From Alphaproteobacteria bacterium (GTDB lineage Bacteria > Pseudomonadota > Alphaproteobacteria > Rs-D84), in contig JAFVFD010000002.1 of assembly GCA_017475605.1 (NCBI GenBank), positions 150,001 to 182,000 of the forward strand: a stretch of 32,000 nt of DNA, given 5' to 3'. Shown here in pieces: positions 17,456-25,153 of this stretch. The notes below the pieces were generated by a model. The model made no database searches. It worked only from the letters and a program-made list of their open reading frames with translations, and was not told the origin of the DNA. Each line of letters begins with the position of its first letter. Within the stretch, counting starts at the first letter, position 1. The translations under genes were made by a program, and so were the position numbers.

Positions 17456-17773
17456 ATGAAAAAATTATTACTTTCTGCACTGATTGTATTTTTAACGACA
17501 TTGTCGGCAAACGCATATCAGGTTTTATCATCCAAGGAATTGGGGCAACTGGATGCAAAAAATCAAAATGTTGTTGTAAAATGCACAACCGACACCGGCA
17601 AGGTATCGAATCAAACATGTTCACTGCGCCGCTATGCAAAATGTTCCGGCGCGGGCAGTACAAAAAAATGTTCCGGCTGGCAACCGTGGACCGACCTGCG
17701 AACACCGGGCAAACAATATTCTGATTGGAAAACCGCCGCATCTGCATGTTGTCGTGCGATGGGCTTGCGGTAA
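17456..17773 (+). CDS. Small Cys-rich secreted protein (105 aa)
   Basis: 'aaggggacaaaaATG' provides a strong Shine-Dalgarno sequence. The signal peptide is 'MKKLLLSALIVFLTTLSANA'. The mature part has 7 Cys. The track start at 17363 has no such support. Confidence 0.7.
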   Translation: MKKLLLSALIVFLTTLSANAYQVLSSKELGQLDAKNQNVVVKCTTDTGKVSNQTCSLRRYAKCSGAGSTKKCSGWQPWTDLRTPGKQYSDWKTAASACCRAMGLR

Positions 17774-17779
17774 ACATAT

Positions 17780-18091
17780 ATGGCATCCAGTAAAGATTTT
17801 CTAGATTTTGTTTTAGAACAATTGTCGGCATTGCCTGACATTGATTGTCGTGCAATGATGGGTGAATATATAATTTACTTTCGTGGGCGGATTATTGGCG
17901 GCATATACGACAATCGTTTTCTTGTTAAACCAACTGCAAATGCCAAAAAGATTATACCAAACGCTCCGATGGAAATACCATATTCGGGTGGCAAGCCAAT
18001 GCTTATGGTAACCGATATTGAAAATCGGAAATTGCTAGAAAAACTTTTTATCGCGATGTATCCAGAATTGCCTGATAAAAAACAAAAATAA
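17780..18091 (+). CDS. TfoX/Sxy N-terminal-domain protein
   Basis: 'DFLDFVLEQL....RAMMGEYIIYFRGRIIGGIYDNRFLVK' matches the TfoX_N pattern (R.MFGGYG.Y..GK.FA.I.DD.LYLK). Length is 103 aa. The start lies 6 nt after the previous stop. Confidence 0.6.
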   Translation: MASSKDFLDFVLEQLSALPDIDCRAMMGEYIIYFRGRIIGGIYDNRFLVKPTANAKKIIPNAPMEIPYSGGKPMLMVTDIENRKLLEKLFIAMYPELPDKKQK

Positions 18092-18092
18092 A

Positions 18093-18118
18093 ATCGGCAT
18101 TTTGCCGATTTAATTTTT
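18093..18118 (+). terminator. Intrinsic terminator ending the 12014-18091 gene string
   Basis: The hairpin is 'atcggca-ttt-tgccgat', followed by 'ttaattttt'. Confidence 0.7.
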
Positions 18119-18119
18119 G

Positions 18120-18196
18120 TGGTGGATGTGGGCGGACTCGAACCGCCGACCCCTACGATGTGAACGTAGTGCTCTAACCAACTGAGCCACACATCC
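18120..18196 (-). tRNA. tRNA-Val (anticodon CAC)
   Basis: The reverse complement is GGATGTG-TG-GCTC-AGTTGGTTA-GAGC-A-CTACG-TTCACAT-CGTAG-GGGTC-GGCGG-TTCGAGT-CCGCC-CACATCC-A-CCA. Length is 77 nt. Confidence 0.9.
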
Positions 18197-18234
18197 TAAA
18201 TCGGTGGTCTGCCACACAAAGCCTTGACAAAGTG

Positions 18235-18321
18235 TGGTGGGGATAGTGGGACTTGAACCCACACGGTCGCAATGACCAAAGGATTTTAAGTCCTCAGCGT
18301 CTACCATTCCGCCATATCCCC
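18235..18321 (-). tRNA. tRNA-Leu (anticodon UAA)
   Basis: The acceptor is GGGGATA/TATCCCC, the anticodon arm is GAGGA-CTTAAAA-TCCTT, there is a long variable arm, and the T arm is GTGGG-TTCAAGT-CCCAC. CCA is encoded. Length is 87 nt. Confidence 0.9.
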
Positions 18322-18334
18322 GGACTTAACTTTT

Positions 18335-18355
18335 AAAACGCGCGCTTTGCGCGCG
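18335..18355 (-). terminator. GC hairpin plus U-tract inside the tRNA cluster. It could be a terminator or a processing signal.
   Basis: The minus strand reads 'cgcgcgc-aaa-gcgcgcg-tttt'. It lies between tRNA-Ala and tRNA-Leu(UAA). Confidence 0.45.
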
Positions 18356-18361
18356 GAAACT

Positions 18362-18437
18362 TGGTGGAGCTGATGGGACTCAAACCCACGACCTCTACGA
18401 TGCGAACGTAGCGCTCTATCAACTGAGCTACAACCCC
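18362..18437 (-). tRNA. tRNA-Ala (anticodon CGC)
   Basis: The acceptor GGGGTTG/CAGCTCC contains the G3:U70 Ala identity pair. The anticodon arm is CTACG-TTCGCAT-CGTAG and the T arm is GTGGG-TTTGAGT-CCCAT. CCA is encoded. Length is 76 nt. Confidence 0.88.
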
Positions 18438-18453
18438 AAAACTTTCATTCATA

Positions 18454-18540
18454 TGGTGGGCATAAGAAGACTCGAACTTCCAAGGTATTGCTACCACTAG
18501 TACCTGAAACTAGCGCGTCTACCAATTCCGCCATATGCCC
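18454..18540 (-). tRNA. tRNA-Leu (anticodon CAG)
   Basis: The acceptor is GGGCATA/TATGCCC, the anticodon arm is CTAGT-TTCAGGT-ACTAG, there is a long variable arm, and the T arm is GGAAG-TTCGAGT-CTTCT. CCA is encoded. Length is 87 nt. Confidence 0.9.
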
Positions 18541-18693
18541 GACAATTGTAAAGCGTTCCACATAATAACGCAACACAAATCTTTTTGCAACAAGAAAATC
18601 TGTTTAGGGACATAAAAAAGTTTAATATTTTCGTTTTTTTTACCATATTTTGCTTGCCCTGATTTTGCGAATTTTGCTAAACTTTTAACAGAG

Positions 18694-21408
18694 ATGAAGA
18701 ATATCCTGATTTTTATTATTGCGATTGCAATGTCTTTGTCGCACGCAAACGGTGCTGTGCGTGATGGCAACACATTGTCGCGCGGCACACAAAAACGGAT
18801 TACGACCACACCGGCTGTTGAACGCACAACAACCGCACGAACAACCGTCTTGAAACCGACAAAAAGCACGACAAATCGGGGCGTTTCAAATGTTACACAA
18901 CGCGGCAACAATCAGGCAAATATCGTCAGCCGGACCGCAACCACCCAAAATGTTACGGCACGCGCCACCACACAGAACCAATCACTTGTAACCGAAACCC
19001 GCACTGGCGCGGCCTATGAAACCTGTAAATCGGCATTTTTTACATGTATGGACCAATTTTGCGCACTAAAAAATGATGATTACCGCCGTTGTTCGTGCAG
19101 CAAACGTGTATCAAACCTGGAAAAGCAACGCAACACTTTGACAGATGCGGGCGAAAAACTTACTGTGTTTACGGAAAATCTTGATGTTGTTGGCTTAACC
19201 GCGGCCCAGGCAACAGCAATGCGTACCGCATCCGAAGGGGAAAACGCGCTGGCATCAGACACATCTGCATCCAAGGCATTATTACAAGCCATAATGAATT
19301 CTATTTCGGGGGGCGACACATCTGTTAGTGGCAAATATTCTGACCTAAACACAATAAATATGTCGTACGATTTGACAACGGCATTTGGATCCGATGCAAA
19401 CCAAATCGTCGCTTCCTATAACGGCCAGGAATTGTATTCGGCGGTATATCCACAATGTCGTCATGCCGTTGCCGATGATTGTAATACAGCATCGTTACAA
19501 CGCGCAGTAAACGCATACCTTATGGCTATTGAACAAGACTGTAATACCGTACAAACCGCAATTATTGAGAAACAATCACAAATGAAATCCGCCATCCGCG
19601 AAGGTAGCGCCATGTTGGATCTGGCACGCGTTGAAAATCGTCGTAAACATAATTCTGACGATATTACCACATGTATAAACAATGTAGAGGCCGCAATTTT
19701 AAGCGAAGAAGTTTGTGGCGCAAATTATCATAAATGCTTGGACAACGGTGAATTTATCGATATATCGACAGGCGCACCCATCACAGGTGTTGTAAAGTTT
19801 TACGAGTTGGGTAAATTATTAACTTTTGCCCCGGGTGTTGATGCCGCCAACCAACAATTGTCAAAGCGGCCAAATAATCGTACATTTGTTTTAAACTTTG
19901 AAAAACGCACAAAGAAATTCGCAGAACCGGCATTGGACAAGTGTACCGATATCGCGGACGAAGTATGGTCCGAATACCTGGACAAAGCGATGTTGACAAT
20001 TTATTATGCCCAGCAAACCAAGGTTTCTGATATTAAACAGGCCTGTTTCGATTTAGTGTCAAAATGTTACACCGACAGCGACACATCTATTACCGCGGCG
20101 ATGTCGGAATTGGTCGGTTCTGGTCTAACAATTTTGGAACCAGACAAAATCGCACTTACCACACAAATGTGTGTCGATTATGTTGATTCTTGTAACAACA
20201 TGTTTGATGGTAATATTGTTGCCGAATATGTTAATACCCGTCAAGACACAGATACACTTAGTGCATGTCGTGCCGTTGTAAAACAATGTTTTGATAAATA
20301 CGGTGGCACAGGGTATGAAAACTTCTACTATCCATACAGTGGCTTGTTTCAAGCAGGCGAAACATCCGACCCCAACATTGTTCGGGCGGGTGATTGGTTC
20401 ACACTTTATGACAAAACAGGGCGCACGCTAACGGCATATAAATCACCCTGTGCAAAACAGTTGGCAACTATTGACGCATGTAAAGGCATCGTAGAAGAAG
20501 CATTTGGTGGATTTGATTTAATGTACACACAAAAGGGTACGGACGAAACAGACCAATTGTCTTTTGAAATTTTGTCATCAAGTGGAACACCACGTTATGG
20601 TATCGCCCAAACAGAAAACAAAATGCGCAATCGTGTTTTACGTCCAACGGGTGTTGCCACCGAGGTTTACAATCAAATTATCGATACACTTACCACACAG
20701 TGCACCAATATCAAAGGACGGTTTGTTGAACGCCAATTTATCAAAGAAAATATATACGGTGGTAAAAACAAAGACAACATCTGTCTTTGGTACCCCCAGG
20801 GTAGCGAAGATAATTCAGAAGGCCAAAACGAATCTTCATTGTTCAAGAATTATAAAATATTGGCAACATTGTACGGCATATTTACAAATGACCCCCAACA
20901 ATCAACCATAAGTATTCCAGACGATTTTATCGGCGAAAATATGTGCCCACGCGATTATAACATTAATGTTGATACTGCTTTCTGGGGGGCATGTTTATGT
21001 TGGGAAAATGGTGCCCGCCGCAGTAAAAATGGGCGAAATGCAACCTGTGTTGCAGAATTGCCTGTATTACCAAAAGAAACGACCGATGACACCACAGGCG
21101 AAACGACAACAACACACGCAAACGATGGGGTATGTTACAATATAACCAAGGACGAAACAACCAACGAAGAAACACTTGAATGGCTGTATCCACTTGCCAG
21201 CAGTACAAATTCAACATCGAATTTCTATGATTGGTGCCAACAGCAATCTATCAATTCCGCAGATCAGGTTTGTCCATATGGCTATACGGCGGGGGATAGC
21301 CCTGATAAACAATCAATAATATGTGTTGATGCCGATGGTAAAGCGTTTGAATCAAAAGAAAATCAATACTATGAAGCGTATAAATTGTTGCCAGAACCAC
21401 TTAAATAA
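18694..21408 (+). CDS. Large exported Cys-rich protein of unknown function (904 aa)
   Basis: The signal peptide is 'MKNILIFIIAIAMSLSHANG'. It is followed by a Thr/Arg/Asn-rich low-complexity tract ('RTATTQNVTARATTQNQS') and then about 800 aa with many cysteines ('CKSAFFTCMDQFCALKNDDYRRCSC'). A terminator follows. Confidence 0.8.
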   Translation: MKNILIFIIAIAMSLSHANGAVRDGNTLSRGTQKRITTTPAVERTTTARTTVLKPTKSTTNRGVSNVTQRGNNQANIVSRTATTQNVTARATTQNQSLVTETRTGAAYETCKSAFFTCMDQFCALKNDDYRRCSCSKRVSNLEKQRNTLTDAGEKLTVFTENLDVVGLTAAQATAMRTASEGENALASDTSASKALLQAIMNSISGGDTSVSGKYSDLNTINMSYDLTTAFGSDANQIVASYNGQELYSAVYPQCRHAVADDCNTASLQRAVNAYLMAIEQDCNTVQTAIIEKQSQMKSAIREGSAMLDLARVENRRKHNSDDITTCINNVEAAILSEEVCGANYHKCLDNGEFIDISTGAPITGVVKFYELGKLLTFAPGVDAANQQLSKRPNNRTFVLNFEKRTKKFAEPALDKCTDIADEVWSEYLDKAMLTIYYAQQTKVSDIKQACFDLVSKCYTDSDTSITAAMSELVGSGLTILEPDKIALTTQMCVDYVDSCNNMFDGNIVAEYVNTRQDTDTLSACRAVVKQCFDKYGGTGYENFYYPYSGLFQAGETSDPNIVRAGDWFTLYDKTGRTLTAYKSPCAKQLATIDACKGIVEEAFGGFDLMYTQKGTDETDQLSFEILSSSGTPRYGIAQTENKMRNRVLRPTGVATEVYNQIIDTLTTQCTNIKGRFVERQFIKENIYGGKNKDNICLWYPQGSEDNSEGQNESSLFKNYKILATLYGIFTNDPQQSTISIPDDFIGENMCPRDYNINVDTAFWGACLCWENGARRSKNGRNATCVAELPVLPKETTDDTTGETTTTHANDGVCYNITKDETTNEETLEWLYPLASSTNSTSNFYDWCQQQSINSADQVCPYGYTAGDSPDKQSIICVDADGKAFESKENQYYEAYKLLPEPLK

Positions 21409-21412
21409 AAAA

Positions 21413-21436
21413 GGGCATCACAAAATGCCCATTTTT
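21413..21436. terminator. Bidirectional terminator between the 904-aa gene and the convergent lpxB
   Basis: The sequence is 'aaaaa-gggcat-cacaaa-atgccc-attttt'. Confidence 0.7.
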
Positions 21437-21440
21437 ATAT

Positions 21441-22571
21441 TTATCTGAAAGATTTTAAATCGTTTGCAATAATTTTTGCGGGTGCACCATCTGCCTTTTG
21501 CCAAAGTCCATCCGCCATTGACAAATCTTGTATCATTTTTTTACGAACAGATGCATGTGTCAGTTTATCAAATTCCGCCAATATGTTTTTTACGGTTGCG
21601 TCCGGACCCAACAATTCTGGATAAACCCCACGATTTAGCAAAATATTAACCAACGATACCCAGCGAATACGAATAACACAACGGGCCAACCACACAGTTA
21701 CCGGGTTCATACGGTAAACTATTATCGCAGGTGTATGAATCATTGCCATTTCCGCAGATACAGTGCCACTGGCGGCAATTGCGATAAATGCGTTTTTATA
21801 TACATCATACCGCTTGTCCGATTCGACAAGTTTAATCGGCACAGACCAATTTTTTATCGTATTTTCAATATATTCGCGCGTTGTTTCAACGGTTGGAATA
21901 ACAAACTGGTACCTTGGCGATTTTTTATGTATCGATTCAACAACATCCCGAAAAACCGGCATTAACTTTTTAACCTCGGACATACGACTGCCTGGAATAA
22001 TTGCGATTGTTCCTGACTTTTCGCCATTATATTTCATACCAACCATCCCATCTGAAATCGGATGACCAACCGCCAATGTATCAAGGCCGTATTTGGTAAA
22101 ATAGGGCACCTCGAAATCAAAAAAGGCATATAATTTATCAAATATTTCTGCGTATTTTTTTGCGCGTCCGGGTCGCCATGCCCAAACCTGAGGGGCGACA
22201 ACATGATGAAAACGCATACCGGCCGCAATCAATTTTTTCCCATCCGATGATTTGCGTAATTTACCAATTACACTGCGTGCGAAACCAGGGGAATCTATTG
22301 TTAAAACAAAATCGGGTCTGGCATCTATAATAGCATTTACGGTTTGCTTTATACGACGGGTCAATGTACGTGCATGGGCCACAACCTCTATCGCGCCCAT
22401 AACCGCCAAATCAGACATCGGAAACAGCGACTTTAACCCGGCATGCGTCATATTTTCGCCGCCGATACCAACGAACGTCGCATTTGGCAATTCACGCATA
22501 ATGCGCGCCCCCAAAACGTCGCCTGATACTTCGCCGGCAATAATAAATATTTTAAGGTTTTTATTCTGCAT
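21441..22571 (-). CDS. lpxB: Lipid-A-disaccharide synthase
   Basis: 'KIFIIAGEVSGDVLGARIM', 'VGIGG..M...G', 'DSPGF' and 'LIPGSR..EV' are LpxB-like. I prefer the ATG at 22571 (MQNKNLKIF...). The track start at 22610 would overlap lpxA by 50 nt. Confidence 0.85.
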   Translation of the reverse strand: MQNKNLKIFIIAGEVSGDVLGARIMRELPNATFVGIGGENMTHAGLKSLFPMSDLAVMGAIEVVAHARTLTRRIKQTVNAIIDARPDFVLTIDSPGFARSVIGKLRKSSDGKKLIAAGMRFHHVVAPQVWAWRPGRAKKYAEIFDKLYAFFDFEVPYFTKYGLDTLAVGHPISDGMVGMKYNGEKSGTIAIIPGSRMSEVKKLMPVFRDVVESIHKKSPRYQFVIPTVETTREYIENTIKNWSVPIKLVESDKRYDVYKNAFIAIAASGTVSAEMAMIHTPAIIVYRMNPVTVWLARCVIRIRWVSLVNILLNRGVYPELLGPDATVKNILAEFDKLTHASVRKKMIQDLSMADGLWQKADGAPAKIIANDLKSFR

Positions 22572-23364
22572 TTTGCGATGTGCCAATTCCGCGTTTAGAA
22601 CGATTTTCAATAAAGTCTATTGCGTCCATGGCATATTTATTATTTTTGACTTCCTTGCGAACCTTGGCCAAACGTTCCGAAACAGTACCTTCGGTTCCAT
22701 GGAAAACCGCCGAATACACCGCATGTATAGCATGCATATCTTCATTAGTAAACCCATGACGCATCAACCCGACACGATTGATTGTACGATAAACAGCACG
22801 CGGCGAACCTTCGTATATGGCATACGGCAAAATGTCATTTGTAACCCCGGTCATACCCGCAATAAATGCGTTACGACCAATGCGTGAAAACTGTAAAACC
22901 ATAACCCCACCAGACAAAATAACGAAGTCTTCAATCTCTACATGTCCGGCAACCTGTACCAGGTTAGACATAACCACACTGTTTCCCACCTTGCAATCAT
23001 GGCCCACATGGGCATTAACCATAATCTGACAATCATCGCCAATTTCTGTTCCGTTTGATGCCGGTGTCCCAGAATGAATTGTTACATATTCGCGAATACG
23101 ACAACGTTTACCAATGCGAAGACCTGTCATCGCGGCCTCATCTTGCCATTTTAAATCCTGGCTCATTACACCAAGTACGGCGAATGGATAAACGATAGTA
23201 TCATCACCAATTGATGTTTTCCCGTCCACGATAACATTAGACATTAATTCTACACGATCGCCCAATACGACATTTGGCCCAACAATACAATTTGGTCCGA
23301 TTTTACAATCTGCGCCCAAAACGGCACCATCGTGAATAATAGCAGTTGGATGTATCACACTCAT
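22561..23364 (-). CDS. lpxA: Acyl-ACP:UDP-N-acetylglucosamine O-acyltransferase
   Basis: 'MSVIHPTAIIHDGAVLGADCKIGPNCIVGPNVVLGD' and later segments form hexapeptide repeats, followed by a helical C-terminal domain. Length is 267 aa. Confidence 0.88.
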   Translation of the reverse strand: MSVIHPTAIIHDGAVLGADCKIGPNCIVGPNVVLGDRVELMSNVIVDGKTSIGDDTIVYPFAVLGVMSQDLKWQDEAAMTGLRIGKRCRIREYVTIHSGTPASNGTEIGDDCQIMVNAHVGHDCKVGNSVVMSNLVQVAGHVEIEDFVILSGGVMVLQFSRIGRNAFIAGMTGVTNDILPYAIYEGSPRAVYRTINRVGLMRHGFTNEDMHAIHAVYSAVFHGTEGTVSERLAKVRKEVKNNKYAMDAIDFIENRSKRGIGTSQNAE

Positions 23365-23445
23365 TTTATTACTCTTTTTTATACCTTTATCACGTAAAAT
23401 GATACATAAACAGGCATAAAAATGGTATTAAATAAATATAACGAA

Positions 23446-24426
23446 TTATAACAAACGCAGAAAATCCCGTCCAAAATCAGAACGCGGCAAATTAGCAAAA
23501 TATATTATACCTATTGCTGTTATTGCCGGCATTGTTGTCAGGACCCCAAACAATATTATTGATAGCGCAAAAGCCCATTCATCCAGCGCATCTGGCAATT
23601 CCGTTGCGTGCCAAACGGACAACGCAACCAAAACAAATGCCGCCGCCGCTGTCCCTAAAAACACCGGTACAGATTCCGTCATAACGAACAATGCCACACC
23701 AAGCGCAACGACAAAACGTATCATCCACTTTATTTTTATATATGCACTGTCATGTATGCGCCCACATGGCTTTATATTACGCAATGCTATTGTTGACACT
23801 GCAAATATACCAAATGCCATAACAAACAATAAATGTACCCATGTAAGATTGCCCAATTGACCGAATCGAAAATATTCCGGCTGCATCAGCATAGCAGTTA
23901 TTGTCGCCCCAGATATTAACAACACCCCCGGTACCGCAGGCATTTCCATTCCGGCGCGTCGCCCCAGGACGAAACCAGCCATTGCGGAACCAATCTGTAA
24001 CAACGGGCCCCACCACGCATGCATATCAGACAGGCCCAGTGCCATAAGCACCAATATTATATATACCAGGTTTTCACGACGGGCATATTTAATGTCGCGG
24101 GTATAGGACCCAATAAATAATGACGAAACAAATACTATTGCCGCAATCATAAATGGCAGTGTTGACGTATCATCACGCAACACACCATAATTACCACCAA
24201 ACAATACTATCCAACCAAATGTGATTATCACTGTCCATAATGAAGCACGCATTAATATATTTCCACGCGACCAGCGCAAATAGTCCGCAATTTTTCCACC
24301 GAATGCCCACACTAACCAATACAAAGGTAATGTAAGCAACGCCGACCACAAAAAAGCAGGGGCCACCAATGCGGCATTATTAAACGCACTTATTGCACTT
24401 TGAACTATTATTGCATCATCAAACAT
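23446..24426 (-). CDS. Polytopic inner-membrane protein of unknown function (326 aa, about 9 hydrophobic segments)
   Basis: It is a long ORF made of hydrophobic helices. It lies directly upstream of lpxA-lpxB on the same strand. Confidence 0.7.
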   Translation of the reverse strand: MFDDAIIVQSAISAFNNAALVAPAFLWSALLTLPLYWLVWAFGGKIADYLRWSRGNILMRASLWTVIITFGWIVLFGGNYGVLRDDTSTLPFMIAAIVFVSSLFIGSYTRDIKYARRENLVYIILVLMALGLSDMHAWWGPLLQIGSAMAGFVLGRRAGMEMPAVPGVLLISGATITAMLMQPEYFRFGQLGNLTWVHLLFVMAFGIFAVSTIALRNIKPCGRIHDSAYIKIKWMIRFVVALGVALFVMTESVPVFLGTAAAAFVLVALSVWHATELPDALDEWAFALSIILFGVLTTMPAITAIGIIYFANLPRSDFGRDFLRLL

Positions 24427-24442
24427 AACTTGCCTTTTTCTT

Positions 24443-25153
24443 TTGTTGGATTATTATACAGGCATGCCTGAAAAACAAGACATTTTTACCATGCTGGGTG
24501 GGCGCGTACGCTTTTACCGCGGCCCATATAATCCAACATCCGATGCGGCATGGTTGGCCGCGTTCGTTGCGCATGGCAAATACAAGTCTGTTCTTGATGT
24601 TGGTGTCGGAACGGGCGGGGCGGTATTATGTTTATTGGCAAACACAACACCCGAAAATGTAACCGGCATTGATATATCTGACACTATGTTAAAGGCGTGC
24701 GCGAAAAATGCCGAACTTAACGGCCGCAACATTGAATTGATAAATGCCGACATAATGAATTGGCGCACCACACGTACATTTGACCTGGTTATAACCAATC
24801 CACCGTATTTCAAGGGAACACCAGCAGCGCACAACGCACACCACAATGCCGATTTAATCAAATGGACCAAAAAATCTGTGGCGCGGGTGCGTCCCCATGG
24901 CACATTTTGTACTATTGTTGATGCGGCCGCGGCATCTGGGGTTATTTCGGTATTAAATGCCGTCTGTGGCGACGTGGCAATATTCCCGCTGTTCAGCAAA
25001 AAACATACCGCAGAACGCGTGATTATCCGCGCCCGCGTTGGAACCCGCGGCGGCACAGCCGTATATGATGGGCTTTCCATGAATTGTGAAATGGTTTTAC
25101 GTGATGGCTTGACTATTTATGATACTTTGGCTAAACTGGACACACAATGTTAA
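24443..25153 (+). CDS. Class I SAM-dependent methyltransferase with an NPPY motif (TrmN6/YfiC- or HemK-like)
   Basis: 'VLDVGVGTGGAVL' is SAM motif I, and 'FDLVITNPPYF' is also present. The start is uncertain, either TTG 24443 or ATG 24464. Confidence 0.7.
   Translation: MLDYYTGMPEKQDIFTMLGGRVRFYRGPYNPTSDAAWLAAFVAHGKYKSVLDVGVGTGGAVLCLLANTTPENVTGIDISDTMLKACAKNAELNGRNIELINADIMNWRTTRTFDLVITNPPYFKGTPAAHNAHHNADLIKWTKKSVARVRPHGTFCTIVDAAAASGVISVLNAVCGDVAIFPLFSKKHTAERVIIRARVGTRGGTAVYDGLSMNCEMVLRDGLTIYDTLAKLDTQC

Noticed and set aside
17875-18307. Minus-strand ORFs at 17875-18192 and 18110-18307 overlap the tRNA cluster.
   Set aside because: They read through tRNA-Val and tRNA-Leu genes. The cloverleaf folds with encoded CCA explain the sequence better.
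22252-22887. A 211-aa plus-strand ORF spans the lpxB/lpxA junction. There are similar antisense ORFs at 24514-25080(-), 6164-6829(-), 29465-29932(+) and 7920-8162(-).
   Set aside because: Each lies opposite a confidently recognised conserved gene (lpxB/lpxA, methyltransferase, adk, mscL, His-rich gene) and has no recognisable motifs or ribosome-binding site.
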